Origin: Bifidobacteriaceae bacterium
Lineage (GTDB): Bacteria; Actinomycetota; Actinomycetes; Actinomycetales; WQXJ01
NCBI GenBank assembly: GCA_031267825.1
Contig: JAIRYJ010000007.1
Location: 1-64,000 of the forward strand
DNA: 64,000 nt
Reading direction: 5' to 3'
In this document: positions 50,849 through 61,952 of the stretch, one piece after another
How positions within the stretch are numbered: the stretch's first letter is position 1
How the letters are laid out: each line of letters begins with the position of its first letter
The notes under the pieces: generated by a model
Seen by the model: only the letters and a program-made list of their open reading frames with translations
Database searches by the model: none
Told to the model about the DNA's origin: nothing
Program-made: the position numbers and the translations under genes

Positions 50849-51244
50849 ATGCCGGACAACTCAACGGAACAATTGGCCGAACGGTTCAAAGCCCTCGGCC
50901 ATCCCGCCCGGCTGCGCCTGGTAGCTTTACTGGCCGCATCACTTGACGGAGAGGTCTGCCTCTGCGACCTGACAAGCTCGGTTGGCCTGACCCAACCGAC
51001 CGTCACCCACCACATGAAACGCCTCGTGGCCTGCGCTCTGGTGAAGCGCGAACAACGCGGTAAATGGGCCTATTTCAGCTTGGTAGAGGAGCATCTGCCA
51101 GGTATTGATGCGGCAACACTTGGCGGCCTGGCCCAACTTGACGCCGGTCAGCGCATCGCTGACCAGCCGAAACGCGGCGATAGGGGACTGGGCAACCGCC
51201 CAGGAGCCTGTTGTCCAACAGTCTCCGAGGAGTCCGTTATCTGA
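50849..51244 (+). CDS. arsR: ArsR/SmtB-family metalloregulator
   Basis: HPARLRLVALL, CLCDL metal-binding cysteines in the HTH region, QPTVTHHMKRL. Confidence 0.8.
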   Translation: MPDNSTEQLAERFKALGHPARLRLVALLAASLDGEVCLCDLTSSVGLTQPTVTHHMKRLVACALVKREQRGKWAYFSLVEEHLPGIDAATLGGLAQLDAGQRIADQPKRGDRGLGNRPGACCPTVSEESVI

Positions 51245-51255
51245 CGGATTCCTCG

Positions 51256-52683
<1,428 letters not shown>

Positions 52684-52835
52684 CTAATTACGCATCACGC
52701 GAGTAGCGGAAAGCCGCCTGACCTGGGTCTTTGATTCGGTCGCGAGGCTAGTCCCGGAGACACTTAAGGTAGATTGGAGAAGTGGGGTTGTCCCTGTCTT
52801 ATCCGTTAGAGAACACCAGAACCTGGAGGTCCTGA

Positions 52836-53624
52836 GTGAGTTCACAATTCGAAGAGCGGTCTGGGATAGACCAGATACCGGTGGCGAAACGGCCAGCCAC
52901 CACGCCGCCACCGCGCCCGCAGACGTGGCTTTTGAAGCTAATCATGGCCCTGACCGGATCGGTGCTTGTCGCCTTCTTGCTCTTCCACCTGGCGGGCAAT
53001 CTGAAGGTTTACTTGCCGGATGACCCGCGGCTACATTTCAACGAATACGCCCACTGGCTGCGTGGCCTGCTCAACCCGCTAGTACCAGGCGAAACCTTCC
53101 TCTGGGTATTCCGCGGAACCCTGGTCCTCTGCCTGGTGTTGCATCTCTACTCCGGTCTGACCATCAAGATCAGAGCCTGGCGGGCCCGTGGTGGACGTGG
53201 CCGGGCGGTCAACGTGACCAAACACCACCTGGTGGGGCGCACCATGATTTGGAGTGGTGGGATCATCTTGGCTTTCATCATCTTCCACCTGCTTGACCTG
53301 ACTTTGGGCCGCGGTGTGGCGTCAAGTAAGTTCTCCTCGGCCGCGTCATACGACCTGCCGGATGGCACCGCTGTGACAGACGCCTACTCCAACCTGGTGC
53401 ACTCCTTTGAACGGCCGTCGGTGGCGGCCTTCTATGTGCTGGTGATGATGGTGGTGGCGTTCCACATCAACCACGGCATCTGGTCCATCATCAACGACTT
53501 TGGCGGCACCGCTAAACGCACCCGGAACGTTTTCTTGTTCCTGGCGGCGGTCGCCGCGCTAATCATCGTCATTGGCAACGCTTCGATTCCGTTGGCGGTC
53601 CAGCTAGGAGTGATCACGCTATGA
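52836..53624 (+). CDS. sdhC: Succinate dehydrogenase / fumarate reductase cytochrome b membrane subunit
   Basis: GTG start after GGAGG. Five predicted TM helices with conserved His residues. Immediately upstream of sdhA. Confidence 0.8.
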   Translation: MSSQFEERSGIDQIPVAKRPATTPPPRPQTWLLKLIMALTGSVLVAFLLFHLAGNLKVYLPDDPRLHFNEYAHWLRGLLNPLVPGETFLWVFRGTLVLCLVLHLYSGLTIKIRAWRARGGRGRAVNVTKHHLVGRTMIWSGGIILAFIIFHLLDLTLGRGVASSKFSSAASYDLPDGTAVTDAYSNLVHSFERPSVAAFYVLVMMVVAFHINHGIWSIINDFGGTAKRTRNVFLFLAAVAALIIVIGNASIPLAVQLGVITL

Positions 53625-55717
53625 CAACCGATCCGGCAGCGACAGACCCAACCGTCCAAGCGGACCAAACCGTCCCAGTGGACGATGCCGCCCCCCCAGC
53701 CCCCAGCACCGACCCGGCTTACGCTGTGACTCGTGGGACGGCATCGGACAACTCTCCGGCCGATCCGCCAACCGGTCTGCTGGAGGAACTGCGGGTAGTG
53801 GGGCAGCCAATTGACGGCCACGTGCCGACGGTTCATCCACGCGACGCCTGGACCGACCGCAAACTGCACTACAACCTGGTTAACCCGTCAAACCGGGCGA
53901 AGTTCAAAATCATTGTGGTGGGTACTGGATTATCTGGTGCGGGGGCGGCCGCCGCGCTTGGCGAACTGGGCTACGACGTGGAGGTTTTCTCTTTCCATGA
54001 TGTCCCCCGGCGGGCTCACTCGATCGCCGCGCAAGGTGGAATCAACGCACCGCGGGCACGTAAAGTCGACAACGACTCAATTGACCGGTTCGTTAAAGAC
54101 ACCGTCAAAGGCGGCGATTATCGCGGCCGGGAACAAGACGCCTACCGCCTCGGTGAGGAAGGCATCCGAGTAATTGACCACATGCAGGCTATCGGCGCAT
54201 CCTTCGCCCGCGAATATGGTGGCCAGCTCGCCACCCGGTCCTTTGGTGGTGTCCAAGTGTCGCGGACCTATTACACCCGGGGACAAACCGGTCAGCAGCT
54301 TGAACTGGCCGCCGCCCAAGCCTTAGCCCGCCAGGTCGCGGCCGGCACCTGCAAACTGCATTCACGTCAAGAGATGCTGGATTTGATCGTCAAAGACGGC
54401 CGGGCTCAAGGCATTGTGGTGCGCGATCTGATCACCGGTAAGGTCCGGGCGCGGACAGCGCACGCTGTCATCTTGTGCACCGGCGGTTACGGCAACATCT
54501 ACTACAAGGCCACATTGGCTAAGAACTCGAACGCCACCGCCATTTGGCGGGCTTACAAGCGGGGCGCGTTCTTCGCTAATCCGTGTTTTGTTCAGATTCA
54601 CCCGACGGCTTTGCCGCTAATGTCGCAGTGGCAATCGAAGAAGACTTTGATGTCAGAATCGTTGCGCAATGACGGCCGGATTTGGGCGCCAAGGCAGCGG
54701 GATGATGATCGTGACCCGGCGGACATCCCAGAAGATGAGCGCTACTACTTCTTGGAGGAACGTTATCCGGCGTTCGGTAACCTGGTGCCACGCGATGTGG
54801 CGTCACGTAATATTCGCGAACGGATCGACGCGGGTTACGGTGTCGGACCCCTCAAGAACGCGGTCTACCTGGACTTTAAGACCGGCATTGAACGTCTCGG
54901 GGTGAAACTGATCCGGGAACGTTACTCCAACTTGTTCCACATGTATGAGGAACTGACCGGTGAGGACCCGTACACCAGACCAATGCGGATCGCGCCTTCA
55001 GTTCACTTCACGATGGGTGGGTTGTGGACTGACTACGACATGATGACGTCGATCCCCGGCTTGTTCGTTGGTGGTGAGGCCGGCTGGGCGTATCACGGCG
55101 CTAACCGTCTTGGAGCGAACTCGCTTCTGTCTGGCTGTGTTGATGGCTGGTTCACCCTGCCGTACACGGTCCCTAATTACTTGGCGGGCCTCTTGGGTAA
55201 GGCCCCTCTGGACCCGGCTGATTCAGCTGTCGCCCAAACCATCGCGGATGTTGAGGCGGGCCTTGACCGGCTGTTGCAAAACAATGGCAGCCACGGCCCG
55301 GATCATTTCCACGAGAAGCTGGGCGCCATCATGGACCGGTACGCTTCGGTGTCACGGGATCCGGAGGGGCTAGCCAAGGCGATCGGTTTGATCCGCCAGT
55401 TGCGTCAAGAGTTCTGGCGTGATGTCAAAGTGGTCGGCACTGGTGACCGGCTCAACCAGGAACTCGAAACAGCCGGCCGGGTAGCCGATTACCTGGAGTT
55501 AGCTGAGTTGCTTTGCGTTGACGCGCTTGACCGGGATGAGTCGGCCGGAGCCCATTTCCGGACCGATCATGAGATCGATGGTGAAGCTAAGCGCAACGAT
55601 GAAGACTGGTGCTTCTGCTCCGCCTGGCAGTACCCCGGCCCGGCTGGCAAGCACATCCGCAACTTTGAAACCTTAACCTTCCGGGCGGTGCCCCTGCAGC
55701 AAAGGAACTACAAGTGA
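53621..55717 (+). CDS. sdhA: Succinate dehydrogenase flavoprotein subunit
   Basis: FAD-binding VVGTGLSGAGAA, covalent-FAD His region (RAHSIAAQGG) and HFTMGG. Confidence 0.9.
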   Translation: MTTDPAATDPTVQADQTVPVDDAAPPAPSTDPAYAVTRGTASDNSPADPPTGLLEELRVVGQPIDGHVPTVHPRDAWTDRKLHYNLVNPSNRAKFKIIVVGTGLSGAGAAAALGELGYDVEVFSFHDVPRRAHSIAAQGGINAPRARKVDNDSIDRFVKDTVKGGDYRGREQDAYRLGEEGIRVIDHMQAIGASFAREYGGQLATRSFGGVQVSRTYYTRGQTGQQLELAAAQALARQVAAGTCKLHSRQEMLDLIVKDGRAQGIVVRDLITGKVRARTAHAVILCTGGYGNIYYKATLAKNSNATAIWRAYKRGAFFANPCFVQIHPTALPLMSQWQSKKTLMSESLRNDGRIWAPRQRDDDRDPADIPEDERYYFLEERYPAFGNLVPRDVASRNIRERIDAGYGVGPLKNAVYLDFKTGIERLGVKLIRERYSNLFHMYEELTGEDPYTRPMRIAPSVHFTMGGLWTDYDMMTSIPGLFVGGEAGWAYHGANRLGANSLLSGCVDGWFTLPYTVPNYLAGLLGKAPLDPADSAVAQTIADVEAGLDRLLQNNGSHGPDHFHEKLGAIMDRYASVSRDPEGLAKAIGLIRQLRQEFWRDVKVVGTGDRLNQELETAGRVADYLELAELLCVDALDRDESAGAHFRTDHEIDGEAKRNDEDWCFCSAWQYPGPAGKHIRNFETLTFRAVPLQQRNYK

Positions 55718-56466
55718 GACTGATCCTTGAAATCTGGCGTCAGGACCGTCCCGGAGCTGATGGGCGTTATGAGACGCATGAGGTGGTTGACGCGACTCCA
55801 GAAATGTCCCTTCTGGAGTTACTTGACCGCCTAAATCATCAGCTAGTTGAGAACAACACCGATCCAGTAGCCTTCGAATCTGACTGCCGTGAAGGTATTT
55901 GCGGGACTTGCGGCGTTGACGTCAACGGCGTGCCGCACGGCCCGAGGGACAACGTGCCGGCTTGCGGCCAGCATGTGCGTGATTTCAAGGACGGTCAGAC
56001 GGTCCGGTTTGAGCCGTTCCGGTCTAAAGCCTTCCCTGTGTTACGTGACCTGATAGTGGACCGGACCGGTCTGGACCGCATTATTCAGGCGGGCGGTACC
56101 ATCGCGGTTGACGCTGGTACCGCACCAGACGCTGAAACCGTTCAAGTCACGCACGATGACGCCGAAAGGGCTTTGGATTTCGCCGCTTGTATTGGTTGCG
56201 GGGCTTGTGTTTCGGCTTGCCCGAATGGCGCGGCCTATCTGTTCACCGGGTCTAAGTTGGCTCACTTGGCGTTGATTCCGCATGGTAAACAGGAACGCGC
56301 CAAACGGGCCCGCGCCATGGTGGACCAGATGGAACACGAGTTTGGGCCTTGTTCACAGATCGGTGAATGTGCTTTGGCTTGCCCAGCGGAGATTCCGTTG
56401 AGTGCGATCGCTGTGGTCAACCGTGAACGTATCCGGGCGGGATTCAAGAAAGGCAAAGCTAACTGA
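55714..56466 (+). CDS. sdhB: Succinate dehydrogenase iron-sulfur subunit
   Basis: 2Fe-2S CREGICGTC, 4Fe-4S CIGCGACVSACP, 3Fe-4S CSQIGECALACP. Confidence 0.9.
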   Translation: MRLILEIWRQDRPGADGRYETHEVVDATPEMSLLELLDRLNHQLVENNTDPVAFESDCREGICGTCGVDVNGVPHGPRDNVPACGQHVRDFKDGQTVRFEPFRSKAFPVLRDLIVDRTGLDRIIQAGGTIAVDAGTAPDAETVQVTHDDAERALDFAACIGCGACVSACPNGAAYLFTGSKLAHLALIPHGKQERAKRARAMVDQMEHEFGPCSQIGECALACPAEIPLSAIAVVNRERIRAGFKKGKAN

Positions 56467-56644
56467 GGTTCTGATCCGCCTGGGCCGCCAAGGCGGCCGC
56501 CCGCTAGGGTGAGCGGCAAGATGCGGCGGGGAAGCGCGCTTGGCCTGCGGGCCGGTGGTCTTTGGCGGCCGGCCCGTTTCGCTGTCCGGTAAAGCCATCC
56601 TGAAGGACTGGGCAGCGCTGCGACGGGTCACGTAGTCTGTAGGC

Positions 56645-59047
56645 GTGGCTACGGTGAAGAAAATATTGAAGCTCGGTGGTAAGTGGCTGGCGGGGATGAC
56701 CGCCTTTGTGGTTGTATCAGTTTGCTGTGGCGCTCTCGCCTCTGGGCTGGTGTTGCCTTTCGCCCTGGTTAGCTCAGCTGTAGTTGATACGGGCCAGACG
56801 GTCCTGGAGCAAGTCCCGGACGATCTGCAATTACCGGAACTGTCAGAAAAGTCCTATCTGCTGGCCGCCGATGGCACTCTCCTAACGACCTTCTATTCGC
56901 AGAACCGGGTGGTTGTTTCACTCGACCAGATTTCGCAGCCGATGCGGGACGCGGTTGTAGCGCTAGAGGACCGCCGCTTCTGGGAACATTCTGGGGTTGA
57001 CATCCTGGGTATGGCGCGTGCCTTCGTTAACAACTCGACCAGTGATGGGCCAACTCAGGGCGCCTCAACGTTGACGCAGCAGTTGGTTCGTAACTCGTTG
57101 ATTGAGAAAGCGGTTCTAGCTAATGATTATGAGGCCGCCGCTGATGCGGTTGACTTCAGCTACACACGTAAACTCCGTGAAGCCAAAATGGCTGTCGCTA
57201 TTGAAGAAAAATACGGTAAAGAAAAGGTCCTCGAAGGTTACCTAAATATCGCCCAGTTCGGTCCGTCACAATATGGTGTTGAAGCCGCCGCGACTTACTA
57301 TTTTGGGGTTCACGCCAAAGACCTAACCATTGTTCAAGCCGCGACCATCGCGGCGATCACCCAAGAACCTAACGGTAAAGACCCTGAACATAACGCTGAA
57401 CGTAACCAAGGACGGCGTGATGACGCGCTCGACGCCATGTTACGTGACGGCTATATCACCAAAGCTGAACATGATGAAGCGGTCGCCCTCGATGTGGCGG
57501 ACACGCTCAACCTGACAGAACCTAAGAGCGGTTGCGAAGCGGCTGATGATCCGTTCCATGCGGGTTTCTTCTGTGACTATGTGGTAGCCGAAATCCGTAA
57601 CTCGGAAGCCTTCGGTCAGACCGCCGCCGAGCGCGAAGCGCTGCTCAGCCGTGGTGGCTTGACCATCACAACATCAATCGACTTGAGCGCCCAGAACAAC
57701 GCCTGGAACGCTTTGAACGCACAAGTACCGGTTGATGACCCGTCCGGTGTGGGCCACGCGCTGACGGCGGTTGAGCCAGGCACTGGCCGGATCATCGCGA
57801 TGTCTCAGAACCGTTACTTCAAGTCCGGTACAACTGAGGATCCGCTTTACACGTCAATCAATTACAACGTCAACCGGATTTACGGTGGTTCTAGCGGCTT
57901 CCAGCCGGGATCAACTTTCAAGCCTTTCATTCTGGCCGCCTGGCTTGAAGCTGGCCACGCCTTGCAAGAACCATTTGACGGATCCAAGACAACTTATAAA
58001 CCCGCCTATTTCAAAGCTAGTTGTGTTGACGGTGGCCGGGTTGGTCAGGCGCAATGGTCGGTCAACGGCGGTGCGGCCAAGGGGGTCAACGCTTACCGCG
58101 CGACTGCCGGATCAATGAACGCTTCTTTTGTGGCGATGGAATACAAGCTTGATTTGTGTGACGTGCGTAATCTGGCTGAACGGATGGGAATGACCCGAGC
58201 TGACGGTGACCCGTTGGAACTGTCACCGTCTATGGTGCTCGGCACTAACGAGGTTTCACCGCTGTCAATGGCGGCGGCTTACGCGACCTTCGCCTCAGGC
58301 GGGATTTACTGCCCGCCAACCGCCATTGATGGTGTCACACGGTCAGACGGCACGGAGTTGGAGTTGCCGGAACACCCCTGCACCCAGGCGATGGCCAAAG
58401 GCGTGGCTGATGGGGTCTCAGCGGCTCTGCTAAACGCGGTCCAAGGCGGCACGGGCACCGCCGCCAGGATCTCTGGACGGGCTGTGGCTGGCAAGACTGG
58501 TACAACCGATAAAGCCAAGGCCGCCTGGTTCTGTGGTTACACCCGGCAGTTGGCGGCCGCCATTTGGACCGGTTATCCGGGTGCTTCCAAGATTCTGTCT
58601 GGCAGGATCGGCTCCCAGACCTACGGGGAAGCCTTCGGTGGAACCATCGCGGCACCAACTTTCGCCCGCTTCATGGGACCCACCATGGAAGGCAAAGAGA
58701 AATTGACCTTTGACCGGCCACCCTCATCGATTGAACGTGGCCGGGCCATCCCAGTGCCGTCAGTTATTGGGATGACCAAGGACAAAGCCCAAAAGACGCT
58801 TGAAGAGGCCGGTTTCCAGGTTACGTTCGATGACGGCGGTTATTCCGACACCGTACCCAAGGGAGCGGTCGCGGCGCAGAACCCGAGCGGCAGCGCCTAC
58901 CCCGGCACCGAGGTCACCTTGACACTGTCGCTTGGCCCGGCCCCAGCGCCGCCACCGCCACCGCCTCCACCTCCGCCACCGCCAACCCCACCGCCAACCC
59001 CACCGCCGACGCCAACACCGACACCGACCCCAACTCCACCGGCTTAA
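56645..59047 (+). CDS. ponA: Class A penicillin-binding protein (transglycosylase + transpeptidase) with C-terminal PASTA domain and poly-Pro/Thr tail
   Basis: N-terminal TM. GT51 motifs (EDRRFWEHSGVD, QGASTLTQQ). Transpeptidase STFK, SMN and KTGT. PASTA (VPSVIGMTKDKAQKTLEEAGFQV). Ends PPPPPPPPPPPTPPPT. Confidence 0.85.
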   Translation: MATVKKILKLGGKWLAGMTAFVVVSVCCGALASGLVLPFALVSSAVVDTGQTVLEQVPDDLQLPELSEKSYLLAADGTLLTTFYSQNRVVVSLDQISQPMRDAVVALEDRRFWEHSGVDILGMARAFVNNSTSDGPTQGASTLTQQLVRNSLIEKAVLANDYEAAADAVDFSYTRKLREAKMAVAIEEKYGKEKVLEGYLNIAQFGPSQYGVEAAATYYFGVHAKDLTIVQAATIAAITQEPNGKDPEHNAERNQGRRDDALDAMLRDGYITKAEHDEAVALDVADTLNLTEPKSGCEAADDPFHAGFFCDYVVAEIRNSEAFGQTAAEREALLSRGGLTITTSIDLSAQNNAWNALNAQVPVDDPSGVGHALTAVEPGTGRIIAMSQNRYFKSGTTEDPLYTSINYNVNRIYGGSSGFQPGSTFKPFILAAWLEAGHALQEPFDGSKTTYKPAYFKASCVDGGRVGQAQWSVNGGAAKGVNAYRATAGSMNASFVAMEYKLDLCDVRNLAERMGMTRADGDPLELSPSMVLGTNEVSPLSMAAAYATFASGGIYCPPTAIDGVTRSDGTELELPEHPCTQAMAKGVADGVSAALLNAVQGGTGTAARISGRAVAGKTGTTDKAKAAWFCGYTRQLAAAIWTGYPGASKILSGRIGSQTYGEAFGGTIAAPTFARFMGPTMEGKEKLTFDRPPSSIERGRAIPVPSVIGMTKDKAQKTLEEAGFQVTFDDGGYSDTVPKGAVAAQNPSGSAYPGTEVTLTLSLGPAPAPPPPPPPPPPPPTPPPTPPPTPTPTPTPTPPA

Positions 59048-59063
59048 CGCTGTTTGGCGGCGG

Positions 59064-59427
59064 CCTTTAGGTCAGGCCGGGCTGACTGATGCTGGGAGAA
59101 TCGGAGCTACTCCCCTGACCTGGGGTTTTGTCGTGGGGTCGTTAGGGGTTGCGCTTGAGGGTGAGAGCTTGGGTGACGGTAATCGGTCAAAGATGCCCTA
59201 AACAGGTGACTTTGACCGGTTTCTGTATCGGAAAGTGGGCTGACTGACGCTGGGTGAATCGAGGCTAGTGACTTGACCTGGGGTTTTACCGGGGGGCCGC
59301 TAGGGGTGGCGGTTGAGGGTGAGAGCTTGGGCGACGGTAATCGGTCAAAGATGCCCTAAACAGGTGACTTTGACCGGTTTCCGTATCGGAAAGTGGGCCG
59401 GGTGGCGGGAGGCTTTAGGTCAGGCCG
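59064..59427. repeat. Tandem duplicated element of about 155 bp (copy 1 59081-59239, copy 2 59240-59389), flanked by TTTAGGTCAGGCCG direct repeats, each copy containing CGGTCAAAG-N17-CTTTGACCG hairpin
   Basis: Aligned by eye at roughly 85-90 percent identity. Sits in the convergent intergenic region between ponA and ltaE. Confidence 0.75.
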
Positions 59428-60498
59428 CTTGACGCGTCGCGTTGGCGATCAAGTCGACCGCCTGGCCGAGTGCCGAGTCATCGATGTCGCGGTGCGTCAC
59501 CAGACGCACCGCCGTTCCCATCACCAGGCAACCCACACCAGCGGCCGCCCAGGCGGCCGCCAACTGGCCTGGGGTCAGTCCAGAACCAGCCGCTGGGCGG
59601 ACCATCACAATGTTGGTATCGGGTTCAGGACTGTCCAAACCCAACTCGCGCAGCGCGCTGGCCAGGCGAACAGCCCGCAGCCGGTCTTGATCAATCCGGG
59701 GTAGCTCTTGATCAAGCGCTACCAGGGCGGCAGCGGCTAATACCCCAGCTTGGCGCATGCCGCCACCCAGAGCCTTACGCCAGCGCCGGGCTTGTTCAAT
59801 GAACCCAGTCGGTGCGCAAAGCATGGAACCAACTGGGGCGCCAAGTCCCTTCGAGAAACAAACTGTCACTGAATCGACCGGCCCAGCCGCCTGACTCGGA
59901 GTCAAGCCTTGAGCGGCGGCTGCATGCCAAATGCGGGCCCCGTCAAGATGGACGGACCACCCGACTTGATGGGCGGCATCGACCAACTGAAAGGCGACGG
60001 CTTGGCGAATGACTGTCCCGCCGGCCTGGTTGTGCGTGTTTTCAAGACACAGCAGGCGGGCGATCAGATCGTAGTAGGCAGGCTTAGCCGGCTCCTCTTG
60101 AGCCGCCGCGGTGACATCATCTGGGCTGGGGATGCCCGGCCCTAAACTCCAAGGCAACTCACCAGCCATGCCACCCGCCAACCAGGCCGCGGTACCCAAC
60201 TCATGTGTCAGGATGTGGGCGCTGCGTGGTGCGAAGTACCTGTCGCCCCGGCCCAGGTGGGTCATCAGCGCCACCAGGTTGGACATTGATCCGGAGGGCA
60301 CAAACAGCCCGGCCGGCTGGGCCATGATGTTGGCGGTTCGCTCCTCCAGGAGCCGCACAGTCGGGTCACGGTCGATCACATCATCGCCGACCTCAGCTTG
60401 GGCCATGGCCTGACGCATCGCTTGGGAGGGTTTGGTTACGGTATCGGAACGCAGGTCAACTTTGATTGGCACCAGACTGTTATACCGCTGGCTCGGCA
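59420..60498 (-). CDS. ltaE: Low-specificity L-threonine aldolase (PLP-dependent)
   Basis: VDLRSDTVTKP N-terminus and fold-type I PLP enzyme pattern. Start MPSQRYN chosen. The ORF-track start at 60565 is over-extended. Confidence 0.8.
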
Positions 60499-60609
60499 TC
60501 GTGTCTGAGGACTCGCGGAAGGAACTCGCCGAAGCCCCTGCCCGCCCGGCCCCGCTGGCGGGCAAGCGGAGGCGAATCTGACCACCGTGGGCTGGAATCA
60601 GCCGAAGGG

Positions 60610-60990
60610 ATGAGCCTGGAGCGGTCCAATTCCGTAGTATTACTATCCGTGATCTTCAGAGCGATTGCTGACGGACGCCCCTACCCGGAGCATGGCTTCG
60701 TATCGGCCGGGCAATGGGCCCGCATCCCGCCACGGCAAGTCCGCTTAGGGGAACTGGTGACCACAAAATCAACCCTCGACTTAGCTTCCCTGCTGGCCGA
60801 AGATTCAACGTTCTATGGCGATCTATTCGCTCATGTGGTCTATTGGCAAGGCCAGTGCTATCTGGAAGATGGTTTGCACCGCGCGGTGCGGGCCGCCCTG
60901 CGCGGACGAGGCACCCTGCATGCCCGCGTCCTCAACTTGGATGCTTTGATCAGCTCGAAAACCGACGGGACAGACGATGACCTGGCCTAA
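60610..60990 (+). CDS. Hypothetical protein (about 126 aa)
   Basis: ATG directly after GAAGGGA. No recognisable motifs. Confidence 0.35.
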   Translation: MSLERSNSVVLLSVIFRAIADGRPYPEHGFVSAGQWARIPPRQVRLGELVTTKSTLDLASLLAEDSTFYGDLFAHVVYWQGQCYLEDGLHRAVRAALRGRGTLHARVLNLDALISSKTDGTDDDLA

Positions 60991-61080
60991 CGGTTTGATG
61001 GACAGCGGCCCACCAAAACGCGCGGTAACCCTTACTGGCTGTGATTCAACTGGCCGCACCACCTGGCGAAGGCGGGCAGC

Positions 61081-61767
61081 GTGATCGCGACCGCCGCATC
61101 ACGCCGCAAGCATCGGCGTTGGCGTCAAGCGGCCATCTACACCGTTTTGCTATCGGCCTTGGCTTTTGTTGGTGTCATGGCGGTCGGGATGTGGAATGGC
61201 AACCTGGAAAGAATCATTGACGCCGATTTCAAAGCTAAACCATCAGAAACAGGCGAACCGGTCTGGACGCCATGCCCAACTAATCCGGACGCGATTTATC
61301 CTAAACCGGCCACAGTGGAGTTGCTGGTTCTGAACGGCAGTGGGCGGACCGGTTATGCCGCCGCCGCGGCCGGCGAGTTAGCCAAGTTCGGTTTTGTTGA
61401 TCCAGGTGTTGGTAATGCGGCGCACTATGACGGTGTGGTTAAAGTGCGAACTGGTTCGCTCGGCGTTGATGGCGCCTACACCTTGCTGCAGTATTTGCCT
61501 GAAGGTGCCGTGCTTGATCTTGACCGGCGGCAAGACGCCAGCGTTGACATGATTATCGGTTCTGATTACAAGGAATTGTTGTCCACCGAAGAGATCACTT
61601 ATGAGGAAGGAAGCTTGATCCAGCCGATCAGTGGTTGCCGCGAGATCGGTGTTTTACTAACAGAAATGCCGTCCGCGCCGCCCACTAGTTCAACTGATCC
61701 GGCGGCTTCGGCCAGCCTTGTTAGGCTCCGGCTGGGAATTGTTCCACCGAGGCTTGGGATCATCTAG
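61081..61767 (+). CDS. LytR_C-domain membrane protein (LytR/CpsA/Psr C-terminal domain family)
   Basis: N-terminal TM (AAIYTVLLSALAFVGVMAV). LVLNGSGRTGYAAAAAGELAKFGF matches the LytR_C signature. Confidence 0.6.
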   Translation: MIATAASRRKHRRWRQAAIYTVLLSALAFVGVMAVGMWNGNLERIIDADFKAKPSETGEPVWTPCPTNPDAIYPKPATVELLVLNGSGRTGYAAAAAGELAKFGFVDPGVGNAAHYDGVVKVRTGSLGVDGAYTLLQYLPEGAVLDLDRRQDASVDMIIGSDYKELLSTEEITYEEGSLIQPISGCREIGVLLTEMPSAPPTSSTDPAASASLVRLRLGIVPPRLGII

Positions 61768-61952
61768 CAGGGCGCTCGCCAGGTGGCCGCAAAGCGCCGC
61801 AATATTGCCGTTGACCAGCAAGAACACAGCACACTTGGGTGTTAGCCTGACTGGTTTGCTGGCCTGGTGGGTGGTGCGGCCAGAAACTTTGACGCGACAG
61901 ACCGCAGGCTCCGACTCGGGCTTAAGGAGCTGAATGGACTAGTCTCATCTGC

